Assembly: GCA_963721765.1 (NCBI GenBank)
Contig: CAVRJP010000005.1
Location: 207,058-271,057, forward strand
DNA length: 64,000 nt
Direction of reading: 5' to 3'
Source: an uncultured Chloroflexia bacterium
GTDB taxonomy: Bacteria > Chloroflexota > Limnocylindria > Limnocylindrales > CSP1-4
Shown here: positions 30,882-44,513 of the stretch, in pieces
How the letters are laid out: the number at the start of each line of letters is the position of its first letter
How positions within the stretch are numbered: position 1 is the stretch's first letter
Program-made: the position numbers and the translations under genes
Notes under the pieces: generated by a model
What the model was told of the DNA's origin: nothing
The model's input: only the letters and a program-made list of their open reading frames with translations
Databases searched by the model: none

Positions 30882-30981
30882 CGGATCCTCGGTCGGATGG
30901 CTAACGGAGCGTCGCCTCCGACCTCGGAGGGTAGCGCGTGAGCGCCCGCCGCCGACCGCGCCAACCCCTCGTACGGTGCCG

Positions 30982-31194
30982 CTACGCCCGGACCTGGCGC
31001 TCCAGCCGCTTCTGGAACCGCTCGACCTGGCCCGCCGTGTCGATGATGTTCTGCGTGCCCGTGTAGAACGGGTGGCAGTTGCCGCAGACGTCGACGCGGA
31101 GCTCGGGCCGCGTGGAACCGACGATCCACTCGCGGCCGCACGAGCCGCAGTGGACCTTCGATTCGAAGTACTTGGGGTGGATCTCGGGCTTCAT
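30982..31194 (-). CDS. rpmE: 50S ribosomal protein L31 (Zn-ribbon type)
   Basis: [46 protein letters not shown] (CxxC...CxxC). The ATGA overlaps the rpmA stop. Confidence 0.93.
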   Translation of the reverse strand: MKPEIHPKYFESKVHCGSCGREWIVGSTRPELRVDVCGNCHPFYTGTQNIIDTAGQVERFQKRLERQVRA

Positions 31195-31472
31195 GCCGTG
31201 GTCGCTTCCTCGGCCGCTGTGGCCGGGATCACGCGAACGCGCTTCTTCGACTTCGTGGCGTACTCGAACTTGACGTTGCCCGCGGTCGTCGCGAAGAGGG
31301 TGTAGTCGCCGCCGAGGTCCGTGCCCGAACCGGCGAGGAACGTCATGCCGCGCTGGCGGACGATGATCGTTCCGGCCGAGACGAGCTGGCCGTCGCCGGC
31401 CTTGATCCCGAGTCGTTGACCGCGGCTGTCGCGCCCGTTCTTGACGGAGCCGCCGGCCTTCTTGTGTGCCAT
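31191..31472 (-). CDS. rpmA: 50S ribosomal protein L27
   Basis: [29 protein letters not shown]... is the canonical L27 N-terminus. Confidence 0.95.
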   Translation of the reverse strand: MAHKKAGGSVKNGRDSRGQRLGIKAGDGQLVSAGTIIVRQRGMTFLAGSGTDLGGDYTLFATTAGNVKFEYATKSKKRVRVIPATAAEEATTA

Positions 31473-31475
31473 GGG

Positions 31476-32220
31476 TCAGCCCTCCCCGCTCTTGCGGGTG
31501 CGTGATGTCTTCGGCTTGCTTGCCTTGGTGCCTGTTGCGGCGTCCGCGGCATCGGCCGCGGCCGCCGAACCGGTGGTATCGGGCTTCGCGCCCTTGGCGC
31601 GGGTCGTCGAGCTCTCCGCAGTCGAGGCCCCGGCTTTCGCGGGCTTGGCCTTCGGTGCGGCGCGTCGATTCCTTCGTTGCCGTCGTGGGCGCCTTGCCGG
31701 ACGGCTCTGCCTTGCTCACGCCACGCTTCGGCTTGCTCGAGGCCTTCGCTTCGTCGGTCTTCTCGGCCTTCGCCGCCCGATCGGCGGCAAGCTTCTCGGC
31801 GAGGGCCGCATCCTGCTCGGCCTGACGTCGGGCGCCTTCCTCGAGTCGCTGGCGCTCGGTCTTGCGCGCCTCCTCGGCCTTGACGGCGGCCTCGGCCGCG
31901 CTCTTGCCGTCGAGCACGATGTCGCTGATCCGGATGACCGTCAGCTCCTGGCGATGGCCCTTCTTGACCCGCCGGCGCGCCTTGGGCCGGTACTTGAAGC
32001 TGATGAGCTTTTCGCCCCGATCGCGTCGCAGGACCTCGGCCGCGACGGAAGCGTTCGCGATGACCGGATGACCAATCGATGCGGTCTCGCCGTCCGCCAC
32101 GAGGAGCACGCGGTCGAACGCGACCGACTCGCCGGCGCCGGCCTCGAGCAGCTCGATCTCGAGCTCCGTGCCGACCTCGACTCGGTATTGCTTCCCGCCG
32201 GTCTCGATGACTGCGTACAT
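31476..32220 (-). pseudogene. rplU: 50S ribosomal protein L21 with a long K/A/P/T-rich C-terminal tail; the reading frame is broken by an apparent 1-nt indel at ~31640-31680
   Basis: MYAVIETGGKQYRVEVG... (L21 core) continues as ...AKAEKTDEAKASSKPKRGVSKAEPSGKAPTTATKESTRR. That frame then runs unstopped through rpmA. A shift to the neighbouring frame gives ...PKAKPAKAGASTAESSTTRAKGAKPD...KASKPKTSRTRKSGEG* ending 3 nt before the rpmA ATG. Confidence 0.7.
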
Positions 32221-32410
32221 GGAACCCCTGGGCGTGGCTGGCGGTCGCGCGGCGACAACCGCGGCCTGGGAGACAGGAAAAGGCGCCTCGGCAGGCCGAG
32301 GCACGAGCCGGGATTGTACGGCCACGCTCAGGGAGCGTCAATTTGCGCCCCGTCCGGGCAGTGTCTCGGTCTGAGCACGGCGGGCGTTGACCTTGCCCAA
32401 GCTCCGGCCC

Positions 32411-32557
32411 ATGCTGAGGGACATGCTCCCGACCACTGCTTCCGGCCGCTTTCGGTTCATGTTCCTGCTGTTGGGCGGCATCTTGCTCGTTGGCGTCGTG
32501 CTAGGCCTCGTGATCGAACTCAACGAGCCAGTCCGGCTCGGTGGGTTCGCGCTCTGA
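32411..32557 (+). CDS. Hypothetical 48-aa single-TM protein
   Basis: ATG..TGA ORF with GC3 >80% (MLRDMLPTTASGRFRFMFLLLGGILLVGVVLGLVIELNEPVRLGGFAL). It lies in the lower-GC 760-nt gap between rodA and rplU. Not in the ORF track because it is under 60 aa. Confidence 0.3.
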   Translation: MLRDMLPTTASGRFRFMFLLLGGILLVGVVLGLVIELNEPVRLGGFAL

Positions 32558-32807
32558 GCGCGAAGCAGTCGAAGCTGCATACCGGGTGCGGCCAGCGAAC
32601 CGATTGACCAAGCCCGAGGGTCGACACATCCTTGCGGACGTGCAGGCAACCATTTCCCGCGCAGTCGTCGGCACCGTGGCGGTGCTGGTCGTGTTGACGC
32701 TGATCCTCGACCTCTTGACGTTCGGCCCTGCGTCGCACGCGCTCGATCCGACGCTTCCGTGGCTCCCCGTCTATATCGATGGACCACCGGGCATGGATCT
32801 GTACTGA
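32541..32807 (+). CDS. Hypothetical small membrane protein (88 aa, or 55 aa from the GTG at ~32640)
   Basis: TM segment VVGTVAVLVVLTLILDLLTF. High GC3 only in the distal two thirds. Overlaps the preceding small ORF in another frame, so the two could be one gene broken by an indel. Confidence 0.25.
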   Translation: MGSRSEREAVEAAYRVRPANRLTKPEGRHILADVQATISRAVVGTVAVLVVLTLILDLLTFGPASHALDPTLPWLPVYIDGPPGMDLY

Positions 32808-32983
32808 GCTAGATCCAGGCGCAAGTCGATCCGCAAGGCGTGCTCAGGCACGCCGTGGCTGGATGGGCAACCGTCAAGACGCAGATCGGTGGGCTGGCGG
32901 TGTTCCTCGCCCTTGCGGCTGGGACCTGGGCGGCCGTCAGGTTTGCGGAGTGTCTCCGGCACCAGCCCTCGCGCCACGGCGCC

Positions 32984-34162
32984 TCACCACTCGGCGCGGC
33001 CCTGGCGGATGTTGATGCTCTGGATGATCCCCAGGGCGAGCGCGATGCTGATGAGCGACGCGCCGCCATGGCTGATGAACGGCAGCGGAATGCCCGTGAT
33101 CGGCATGATCCCGACGACCATGCCGACGTTGACGACGAGCTGGAACAGGACCCACGCCGCGACGCCGCAGGCGAAGACGGTGCCGAACGCGTCACGTGAC
33201 CGCCAGCCGGCGAGCAGGATCCGCCAGAGCAGCGCGACGAACAGGAGGATGACGACCATCATCCCGACGAAGCCCAGCTCCTCCGCCAGCACGGCGGCGA
33301 CGAAGTCGGTGTCCTGCACCGGCAGCAGGCCCTGCGCGTTCTGCAGGCCGTTCGTGAGGCCGACGCCGAACCAGCCGCCGAGCGCCACTGCGATATGGGA
33401 CTGGTACAGCTGGTAGCCGGCGCCCTGAACGTCGGCGAGCGGGTTGAGGAACGACGTGAGACGGGACTTCTGGTAGTCCTCGAGGACATAGGCCCACACG
33501 AACGGCAGCGTCGCGATGGCGCCGACTGCGAGCACGAACAGCCAGCGCAGGCTGGCGCCCGACATGAAGAGCGTCGCCGCGACGATCGCGGCGAAGACGA
33601 GCGCCGTACCGAGGTCGGGCTGCAGCAGGACGAGGGCGAACGGTGGTCCGGCAAGGACGCCTGCCCCGAGGATCGACCAGAGCGACCCGAGCCGGCCCAT
33701 GCGGGTACCGAGGTAGCTCGCCAGCACGACGATCATCAGGACCTTGGCGAGCTCGCTGAACTGGAACTGGAGGCCGAAGATCGAGACCCAGCGGGAGGTC
33801 CCACCCACCCCGCTGCCGATCGCGAGCGTCACCACCAAGAGGCCCAGCTGGACGACGTACAGCGGCCAGGCGAACGTCTTGAGCCAGTGGTAGTCGAATG
33901 TGGTGGCGGCGAGGAAGACCGCCACGGCGATCGCGGTCCACATCAGGCCTCGCAGGAACACCGATCCCCCGTCGAAGATCCCGACTCCGGCAGTGGCCGT
34001 GTTGCTGTAGGCCATCGCCAGCCCGAAGCACAGCAGCAGGGCCGCGTAGGTCGCGAGCTGGAAGTCGAACGCGCGCCACACCGCCCCGACCCTTCGCGCG
34101 ACGAACTCGCTCCGCCGAGGGGTGCTGCTGACCCCGCGGAGGCCGACCGGTCGGACGCTCAT
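32984..34162 (-). CDS. rodA: SEDS-family peptidoglycan glycosyltransferase RodA
   Basis: About 10 TM; ...PDLGTALVF...; C-terminal GIMPITGIPLPFISHGGASL is the FtsW/RodA signature. Confidence 0.9.
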   Translation of the reverse strand: MSVRPVGLRGVSSTPRRSEFVARRVGAVWRAFDFQLATYAALLLCFGLAMAYSNTATAGVGIFDGGSVFLRGLMWTAIAVAVFLAATTFDYHWLKTFAWPLYVVQLGLLVVTLAIGSGVGGTSRWVSIFGLQFQFSELAKVLMIVVLASYLGTRMGRLGSLWSILGAGVLAGPPFALVLLQPDLGTALVFAAIVAATLFMSGASLRWLFVLAVGAIATLPFVWAYVLEDYQKSRLTSFLNPLADVQGAGYQLYQSHIAVALGGWFGVGLTNGLQNAQGLLPVQDTDFVAAVLAEELGFVGMMVVILLFVALLWRILLAGWRSRDAFGTVFACGVAAWVLFQLVVNVGMVVGIMPITGIPLPFISHGGASLISIALALGIIQSINIRQGRAEW

Positions 34163-34170
34163 CTGGTCAC

Positions 34171-36147
34171 CTACGCCCGGTAGTAGGGGCCGCGCTTCAT
34201 GAGGTAGGGAAGGCGGTAGTCCTTCTTCAGCCCGAAGTGCAGCTGGTAGAAGTACTTGGTGATCTCGGTGGAGGAGTTGCCGAGCGTCCCCGCGTTGTAG
34301 GAGAAGACCACCACGGCCAGCTCCGAATCACCCCGCTCGACCGCCTTGAACCCGTTCGGATCGCCGCCCTTCTTCCATGGATCCTTGGGCACGAAGCTCA
34401 CGAACCAGTTGTGGAACGGCAGGTCGCCATTCGGGCCGGCGGTGCCGAACTCGGCGGTGCCCGTCTTGCCCGCGACGACGATCGGCAGGTCGACCAGGTT
34501 GTACGTGTGGCGGATCACGGGCACGTTCCGGGCCGCGTGGCGCATGACTCGAAGCGTCGATCCCGGGGCCGACAGCTCCTGCATCACCTCGGGCTCGACC
34601 GGGGCGCCAACGCCGTCGGGGCCGATCACCTCGGCGACGACATGCGGCCGATACCGCGTCCCGCCGTTGGCGAGCGTCGCGTAGGCGTTGAGGAGCTGGA
34701 GCGGCGTGACCGCGTCGTAGCCCTGGCCGATGCCCGCGTGGTAAACCTCGCCCGGGTAGATCGGGAGGCCCAACTCCTCGATCTTCCACTCGTTCGTCGG
34801 GACGATCCCGCCGACCTCGGCGGGCAGGTCGATGCCGGTCGGTGCGCCGAAGCCGTACTGCTTCGCCCAGTAGCCGAGCCGGTCGATGCCGAGCATCCCC
34901 GCGGCCTGGTAGAAGAACGTGTCGCTCGAATGGCCGAAGCCGCAGTAGATGTTGCAGAGCCCGAACCCGGCGCCGTTCCAGTCGCGGAAGCGGGCGCCGC
35001 CGAGGGTCAGGTACGCGGCCGTTCGGATCCGGGTCGACGGCGTGATCTTCTTGTCCGCGAGCACGCCGGTGCCGGCGACGAGCTTGTACGTGGACCCCGG
35101 TGGGTACTGATCGCTGATCGCGTGGTTGATCAGCGGCTTCTGGGGGTGGCTGAGGAGCTGCTGGTACGTCGCGGGATCGATCCCGCCCGAGAACACGTTG
35201 TTGTCATAGGACGGCGCGCTGACGAGCGCGAGGATCTCGCCGTTCTGGGGGTTCATCACGATGATGACCGCCTGCTTGAGGTTGGCGGCCTTCATGCCCC
35301 ACTGGAGCGCCTTGAGCGCCTCTTCCTGGATCTTCGTGTCGATCGTGAGGCGCAGCGAGCTGCCGGCTGTGGGCTGGCTCTCGGTGCGGATGACCTGGAC
35401 CCGCCGGCCGGACGCATCGCGCTCGACGAGCTGGAGGCCATAGTGCCCTCGGAGCTGGTCCTCGTAGACGGACTCGACGCCCGCCCGGCCGATCAGGTCG
35501 TCGGGGAGGTAGCCGGCCGGGCGGAGGTCGTCGAGCTCGCCGCCATTGATCGGCCCGACGTAGCCGAGGATGTGCGCGAAGAGCGAACCCTGGTCGTACG
35601 TCCGTTTCGTTTCCACGACAACCTGGACGCCCGGCAGGTCGTCGCCCGCTTCCGCGAGGAAGCCGGCGGTCGTCGGATCGATGTTCTGGGCGACGCGAAC
35701 ACTGTCGTAGCGAGAGCCGGGGTTCGAGTCGATGGCGGTGTTGATCTCGCTCGGGTCCATATCGATCAGGGCGCCGAGCGTCTGGAGGACGTCATCACGT
35801 CGTGATTCGGGGAGGTCGACGGGACGGATTCGAACGCTGTAGGACGCGACGTTCGTGACGAGTGGCTTCCCCGCGCGGTCGAAGACGAGGCCACGCGACG
35901 AGGCGATCGCCTCGAGGACCGTCCGATTCGTCGCTGCGAGCGCGGTGTACTGGCCAGTCCCCGCCACCTGCAGCGCGAAGAACCTCGCCCCGAGGGCGCC
36001 CGCACCGAAGATCACGGCGAGGCCGAACACGAGGAAGCGGAGGCTGGAGGGGCCGCTGGAGGTGCGGTCGCCCGGGTGCGCGCTCATCGAGCCCGATTCA
36101 TACGTGACTCGGGGTGGCCGTCTATGGCGAATTCGTTCAGTCACCAA
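34171..36147 (-). CDS. mrdA: Penicillin-binding protein 2 (class B transpeptidase)
   Basis: N-terminal TM, PBP dimerisation domain, and transpeptidase motifs STYK (PGSTYKLVAG), SxN and KTGT (VAGKTGTAEF). Start uncertain (36147 or the internal Met at ~36087). Confidence 0.9.
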   Translation of the reverse strand: MVTERIRHRRPPRVTYESGSMSAHPGDRTSSGPSSLRFLVFGLAVIFGAGALGARFFALQVAGTGQYTALAATNRTVLEAIASSRGLVFDRAGKPLVTNVASYSVRIRPVDLPESRRDDVLQTLGALIDMDPSEINTAIDSNPGSRYDSVRVAQNIDPTTAGFLAEAGDDLPGVQVVVETKRTYDQGSLFAHILGYVGPINGGELDDLRPAGYLPDDLIGRAGVESVYEDQLRGHYGLQLVERDASGRRVQVIRTESQPTAGSSLRLTIDTKIQEEALKALQWGMKAANLKQAVIIVMNPQNGEILALVSAPSYDNNVFSGGIDPATYQQLLSHPQKPLINHAISDQYPPGSTYKLVAGTGVLADKKITPSTRIRTAAYLTLGGARFRDWNGAGFGLCNIYCGFGHSSDTFFYQAAGMLGIDRLGYWAKQYGFGAPTGIDLPAEVGGIVPTNEWKIEELGLPIYPGEVYHAGIGQGYDAVTPLQLLNAYATLANGGTRYRPHVVAEVIGPDGVGAPVEPEVMQELSAPGSTLRVMRHAARNVPVIRHTYNLVDLPIVVAGKTGTAEFGTAGPNGDLPFHNWFVSFVPKDPWKKGGDPNGFKAVERGDSELAVVVFSYNAGTLGNSSTEITKYFYQLHFGLKKDYRLPYLMKRGPYYRA

Positions 36148-36641
36148 TCGAGGCGCTCCGTCGCCGTGCGGCGATCGTGCAGGACGATCACGAGCGGCCC
36201 GACGAACATGCCGATGAGTCCGTCATAGATCGCGCCGGGCAAGACCAGGCCGATCGGATCCGTCACCGACGTGCCGGGTCGAGCAGCAACGGTGAGTCCC
36301 ACGATCAGCATCGAACACACGAAGCTGAAGATCGGGACGGCGACGACAGGAGCAACGAGCCGCAGGCGAGGGAAGGGCTGTGCCACCAGGGCCGCTCCGC
36401 CAACGGCAATGAGGAGGGCGAACGCCGACACGCCGAGTGGCCTGCCGAGCAGCGAGTCAAGAAGCAGTCCTCCGACGAATGCCCAGGTGATTCCACGGTC
36501 GATCCCGGCCGTGATCGTCCAGATGACGCCACCGACCACGACCGGGTTCGGGACCGCACCCCCGACCTTGATGTGCTGAGCGAGCGTGACCTCGACGAGT
36601 GCGATGACCGTCGCCCCGATCGCCGCGAACAAGAGGCTCAT
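36141..36641 (-). CDS. mreD: Rod shape-determining protein MreD
   Basis: 166 aa, ~5 TM, with FVGGLLLDSLLGRPLGVSAFALL; immediately upstream of mrdA-rodA. Confidence 0.7.
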   Translation of the reverse strand: MSLLFAAIGATVIALVEVTLAQHIKVGGAVPNPVVVGGVIWTITAGIDRGITWAFVGGLLLDSLLGRPLGVSAFALLIAVGGAALVAQPFPRLRLVAPVVAVPIFSFVCSMLIVGLTVAARPGTSVTDPIGLVLPGAIYDGLIGMFVGPLVIVLHDRRTATERLDW

Positions 36642-36896
36642 GTAGCGGCGATCGGTCCTCGGCAGGCAGAGGGGACGCGCGCGAACCTGAGCCCTCGCGA
36701 CGACGCGCGGACGGCCATGCCGCGTCGCTGCGCGAAGTATCCCACGGCGGGGTATTCCACGGTAGTTGGCAACGGGACATGAACCTCGTCTTGAGGCCCC
36801 AAATTCTGGCCGCAGCGGAGCCCAGCAACCAACGGTCTGTGGGCCCCGTGGTTCGGTTCAGCCGCCTCCCATCTGGGCGATAGGTCCGTCCGGGAA

Positions 36897-36912
36897 TGTT
36901 TCACGTGAAACA
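36897..36912. promoter_or_regulatory. parS: parS centromere site TGTTTCACGTGAAACA (perfect 16-bp palindrome), 150 nt upstream of parA
   Basis: Exact match to the parS consensus tGTTtCACGTGAAAcA, embedded in gaaTGTTTCACGTGAAACAttt. Confidence 0.75.
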
Positions 36913-37064
36913 TTTGGAGTCGCGGCGTAAGCGCCACATAACCGCCCGCGAAGGGCGATTCGGCAGACTGTCGCGAGCATGCCAGTGGCCGCCGCCAGAG
37001 GGAGGAACGAGCCTCCCGATGCTAGAATCGAGGTCTGTGATGCACCCCAGAATGACCACCTAGC

Positions 37065-37885
37065 GTGGGCGAGACGATCGCCTGTGCCAACCAGAAGGGC
37101 GGCGTCGGAAAGACCACGACGGTTGTCAATCTGGCTAGCTACCTGGCCCTCGCCGGCGATCGGGTATTGGTCATCGACCTCGATCCGCAGGGCAACGCCA
37201 CGAGCGCGCTCGGGATCGAGCGCGTCCGGGAGCGCTCGGTCTACGACGCCGTCATCGACGACGTCCAGCTCGACGAGCTCGCGGTGGAGACATCGGTCGA
37301 CAACCTGACCCTGATCCCGTCGTCGATCGCCCTGGCGGGCGCCGAAGTGGAGTTGACGCCCCTCGAGCAGCGCGAGCGGCGCCTCGCGGGTCTGGTCGAC
37401 CCGATGCGCAGCCAGTTCGACTACATCCTGATCGACTGTCCACCGTCGCTCGGGCTCCTCACGATCAACGCCTTGACCGCGGCGGACTCAACCTTGATCC
37501 CGATCCAGTGCGAGTACTTCGCGCTCGAAGGTCTGGGCCAGCTGCTGGCGACGATCCGGCTCATCACCGACCACCTCAATCCGCGCCTCGAGATCAAGGG
37601 CGCCGTCCTGACGATGTACGACTCGCGCACTCGTCTGAGCGCCGAGGTTGGTGACGAGGTTCGCCGGCACCTCGGCGATCGTGTCTACGAGACCATCATC
37701 CCGCGGGCGGTTCGCCTCTCGGAGGCACCGAGCCACGGCCTCCCGATCCACCTGTTCGCCCCCGGGTCACGGGGTGCCGAGGCGTATCGCGACCTCGCAT
37801 ACGAGATACGTGCTCGCGACGAGCGTCCGGCGAGCCGCCGTCCGATCGACACGCACGCCGACGCGCCAGTCGAGGCAGCCCTCGT

Positions 37886-37889
<4 letters not shown>
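37065..37889 (+). CDS. parA: Chromosome partitioning ATPase ParA/Soj
   Basis: Deviant Walker A KGGVGKTTT; 274 aa; overlaps parB by 4 nt. Confidence 0.93.
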
Positions 37890-40791
<2,902 letters not shown>

Positions 40792-40908
40792 CCGTCGAAC
40801 GACGCGCCGGCCAACCAGGCCGGCGTCGAGTGCCGGCGATATCACCGGCCGGGTGGACGGCCCACGCCTGCCGGTACGCCAGGCGAGCCTCGGAATCGCC
40901 CAAACCCG

Positions 40909-41946
40909 ATGGGTCCTGGCGCCATGAGCGCGAGCGTGGCCGCAGAGCGACCAACGACGCCGCGCACCGGGAGCAGCTGGCCGCAGCCCGCAGCCGGAAC
41001 CGCGGGCGAGCATGCCGCCGCCGTCCTGGCGACCCACGAGGCGCGCGCGGCGGAGCTGGGCACCGGGCTGGCGGCCTGGCTGGACGATCCGGCGGCCTTC
41101 GCGACGCACCTCGCCGCGGCGTTCCGGGAGCTCGCCGACCCGCGCTACGTCGCCGGCCAGGCGTTCGTCGCGCCGGGGATCGGGCCGACCCACGGCGTCC
41201 GAACACCGCTCCAGGTCGCCGTCCGGCGAGCCTTCGCACGCGCCTCCCGCAAGGCATCGCCGTCGCAGATCCTGCCCGTCGTCGACCGGCTCCTGCACGA
41301 GCCGGAGCGCGAGGCGCGCTGGTTCGCGATCTCGACCCTCGATCGAACGCTGAAGGCCGAGCCGGAGCGAACGTGGCAGCTGCTCCGCCGAGCGGCCTCG
41401 GAGGCGGATGACTGGATCACGGTCGACACGCTCGCGTATCCGTATGGCAAGGGCATCCTCGCCGAGCCATATCGCTGGGCCGAGCTCGAGCAGCTGACGA
41501 TCTCGCCATCCCGCTGGGAGCGTCGGCTCGTGGGATCGACCATCGCCACGATGCCCTCCGTGAACCGCAGCGCCGGCCGCGAGCCGGACGTTGCCGCCCT
41601 TTCGCTGGCGCTCCTCGCCACCCTGATCGGTGATCGCGAGCCCGACGTCCAGAAGGCGCTCTCGTGGGCCTATCGGTCGATGACCGTGGTCGACCTTGCC
41701 GCGACAACCGCCGCCCTCGAGCGAGAGGCCCAGACGGCTGCCGATCAGGACGACGGCCATCGGGCCTGGGTCGTCCGGGACAGCCTGTCCAAGCTCGAGC
41801 CCGCGGATGCCCAGCGGCTGCGCGACGCGCTTGCCGGGATCAGGCGCCGTGCGGGCGCTCCGTCGACCTCGCGGGCCGCCGAGCTCGCCACCCAGTTCGA
41901 TGGCATGGGCCTCGGCCGCCGCATGCCTGAGCCGCCGCTCCGATGA
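40909..41946 (+). CDS. DNA alkylation repair (AlkD/AlkC-like HEAT-repeat) family protein
   Basis: ...[16 protein letters not shown]...[18 protein letters not shown]...[14 protein letters not shown]... resembles the PF08713 DNA_alkylation family. Sits between gyrB and gyrA; the ATGA overlaps the gyrA start. Confidence 0.55.
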   Translation: MGPGAMSASVAAERPTTPRTGSSWPQPAAGTAGEHAAAVLATHEARAAELGTGLAAWLDDPAAFATHLAAAFRELADPRYVAGQAFVAPGIGPTHGVRTPLQVAVRRAFARASRKASPSQILPVVDRLLHEPEREARWFAISTLDRTLKAEPERTWQLLRRAASEADDWITVDTLAYPYGKGILAEPYRWAELEQLTISPSRWERRLVGSTIATMPSVNRSAGREPDVAALSLALLATLIGDREPDVQKALSWAYRSMTVVDLAATTAALEREAQTAADQDDGHRAWVVRDSLSKLEPADAQRLRDALAGIRRRAGAPSTSRAAELATQFDGMGLGRRMPEPPLR

Positions 41947-44513
41947 TCGACAACCCGGGCAACATCCGCTCGATCCGCGTCGAGGACGAGATGAAGGTCT
42001 CGTACCTCGACTACGCGATGAGCGTCATCGTGTCCCGCGCCCTGCCGGACGTGCGCGACGGCCTCAAGCCCGTGCACCGCCGGACGCTGTACACGATGGG
42101 CGAGATGGGGCTCTCTGCCACGAGCTCCTACCGCAAGTGCGCGGCGATCGTCGGCGAGGTGATGGGCAAGTACCACCCGCACGGCGACGTCGCCCTGTAC
42201 GACGCGCTCGTCCGGCTCGCCCAGGACTTCTCGATGCGCTACCCGCTCGTCGACGGCCAGGGCAACTTCGGCTCGGTCGATGGCGACGCCCCGGCGGCCA
42301 TGCGCTACACGGAGGCCCGCCTCACGGCGATGGCCGGCGAGATGCTCGCCGACATCGACAAGGAGACGGTCGACTTCGAGGACAACTACGACGGCACGCA
42401 GCGCCAGCCGACGGTCCTCCCGGCGAAGCTGCCGAACCTGCTCATCAACGGCTCGTCCGGCATCGCGGTCGGGATGGCGACCAACATCCCGCCCCACCAC
42501 CTCGGCGAGATCGTCGATGCGACGATCGCGCTGATCGACGACCCGGACATCACCTCGGACGGCTTGTGCCAGTACGTCTCGGGTCCCGACTTCCCAACCG
42601 GCGGCACGATCTTCCGGTTCGAACGCCAGCGCAACACGATCACCGGCGACTGGGAGACCATCGACGCGATCCGCCAGATGTATGCCCACGGCCGCGGGCG
42701 GGTGGTCATGCGCGCCCAGGTCGCGTTCGAGGAGGTCAAGGGCGACCGGATCGCGATCATCGTCACCGAGCTGCCGTACCAGGTGAACAAGTCGGCCCTG
42801 ATCGAGAAGATCGCCGACCTCGTCAAGGACAAGAAGATCGACGGCATCGCCGACCTGCGCGACGAGTCCGACCGCGACGGCATGCGGATGTACATCGAGA
42901 TCAAGCGCGATGCCAACCCGCACAAGGTCCTCAACAACCTGTTCAAGCACACCGCCCTCCAGTCGGCGTTCAACATGAACATGCTGGCCCTGGTCGACGG
43001 GCAGCCCCAGACGTTGCCCCTCAAGTCGGTCCTGGTCCACCACATCGAGCACCGGCGCGAGATCGTTCGTCGGCGGACGGAGTTCGACCTCGGCAAAGCT
43101 CGCGACCGGGCGCACATCCTCGAGGGCCTCAAGAAGGCGCTCGACAACCTCGACGCGGTCATCAAGACGATCCGTGCTTCGGCCGACACCGAGGTCGCAC
43201 GGACGAACCTGATGACTCAGTTCGATTTGTCGGAGCGCCAGGCCCAGGCGATTCTCGACATGCGGCTTGCCCGGCTCGCGGCGCTCGAGCGGAAGAAGAT
43301 CGAGGACGAGTACCTCGAGGTGATCCAGCTCATCGCCGAGCTCGAGGACATCCTCGCAAACCCTCAGCGCGTCCTGCAGATCATCAAGGACGAGCTGACC
43401 GAGCTGAAGCGAAAGTACGCGGGCGAGCGGCGGACGCGCGTTGCCGACGACTCCTCCCGTGAGCTGACGGACGAGGACCTGATCGCCGACGAGGACGTCG
43501 TGATCACGATCAGCGGGCGCGGCTACATCAAGCGCCAGCCGGTCGACACGTACCGCCGCCAGCACCGTGGCGGCAAGGGGATCATCGGCCACGTCACGCG
43601 CGAAGAGGATGCGGTCGAACACCTGCTCGTCGCGAACACGCACGACTGGGCGCTGTTCTTCACGAACCGCGGGCGCGTGTTCTCGGCGAAGGTCCACGCC
43701 ATCCCCGACGCGTCGCGCCAGGCGAAGGGCCTGCCGATCATCAACATGCCCGGCGTGCAGGTCGAGTCCGGCGAGGTCCCCGTCGCCACGATCACGCTGC
43801 CGGAATTTGCGGCCGGGTCGTACCTGGTCCTCGCAACGCGCCGCGGCAAGATCAAGAAGACGCCGCTCGAGCAGTTCGAGCGCGTCCGCTCGACCGGCAT
43901 CCGCGCAATCATCCTCGACGAGAACGACGAGCTGGCCTGGGTCGACGTCTCGACCGGCGAGGACGACGTGATCATCGCCACGGCGCAGGGCATGATCGCC
44001 AAGTTCTCCGAGGACGAGGTGCGGGCGATGGGCCGGGATGCCGGCGGCGTCATCGGCATCCGGCTGCTCAAGAAGGAGGGCGATGAGGTCGTCGCGATGA
44101 GCGTGGTCCAGCCCGGCGCGGATCTGCTCGTCCTGACCGAGACCGGCTACGGCAAGCGGGTCTCGATCGACGACTTCCGCAAGAAGCATCGCGGCGGCCA
44201 GGGCGTCCGACTGATCTCGCTCGAGGGCCGCAAGACCGGCGTCGTCGCCGCCGTCCAGCAGGTCACCGAGCTCGACGAGGAGCTCGTGCTGATCTCGGCC
44301 CAGGGGCAGGTCGTACGGACGGAGCTCGACACGGTGAATCGCTACTCCGCCAACGCCAGGGGCGTGATCGTGATGCGGTTGAACGAGGGCGATCGGGTCG
44401 TCGGGATCGCCGCCTTCCGTCCGGGACTGGCGGAAGGGCGCGACACCGACGACAATGGCGGCCCGGATGCGAGTCCGGGGACCGGCGGTCCGCCCGGCAA
44501 CGGGCAGTCGTGA
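41943..44513 (+). CDS. gyrA: DNA gyrase subunit A
   Basis: Active-site region (...[10 protein letters not shown]...), GyrA box (QRRGGKG as [12 protein letters not shown]), C-terminal beta-pinwheel repeats; 856 aa. Confidence 0.96.
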   Translation: MIDNPGNIRSIRVEDEMKVSYLDYAMSVIVSRALPDVRDGLKPVHRRTLYTMGEMGLSATSSYRKCAAIVGEVMGKYHPHGDVALYDALVRLAQDFSMRYPLVDGQGNFGSVDGDAPAAMRYTEARLTAMAGEMLADIDKETVDFEDNYDGTQRQPTVLPAKLPNLLINGSSGIAVGMATNIPPHHLGEIVDATIALIDDPDITSDGLCQYVSGPDFPTGGTIFRFERQRNTITGDWETIDAIRQMYAHGRGRVVMRAQVAFEEVKGDRIAIIVTELPYQVNKSALIEKIADLVKDKKIDGIADLRDESDRDGMRMYIEIKRDANPHKVLNNLFKHTALQSAFNMNMLALVDGQPQTLPLKSVLVHHIEHRREIVRRRTEFDLGKARDRAHILEGLKKALDNLDAVIKTIRASADTEVARTNLMTQFDLSERQAQAILDMRLARLAALERKKIEDEYLEVIQLIAELEDILANPQRVLQIIKDELTELKRKYAGERRTRVADDSSRELTDEDLIADEDVVITISGRGYIKRQPVDTYRRQHRGGKGIIGHVTREEDAVEHLLVANTHDWALFFTNRGRVFSAKVHAIPDASRQAKGLPIINMPGVQVESGEVPVATITLPEFAAGSYLVLATRRGKIKKTPLEQFERVRSTGIRAIILDENDELAWVDVSTGEDDVIIATAQGMIAKFSEDEVRAMGRDAGGVIGIRLLKKEGDEVVAMSVVQPGADLLVLTETGYGKRVSIDDFRKKHRGGQGVRLISLEGRKTGVVAAVQQVTELDEELVLISAQGQVVRTELDTVNRYSANARGVIVMRLNEGDRVVGIAAFRPGLAEGRDTDDNGGPDASPGTGGPPGNGQS

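Noticed and set aside
36640-37064. Possible oriC (DnaA boxes) in the mreD/parA intergenic region.
   Set aside because: Only two weak GTATYCCACGG repeats and no dnaA gene nearby. parS alone does not define an origin.
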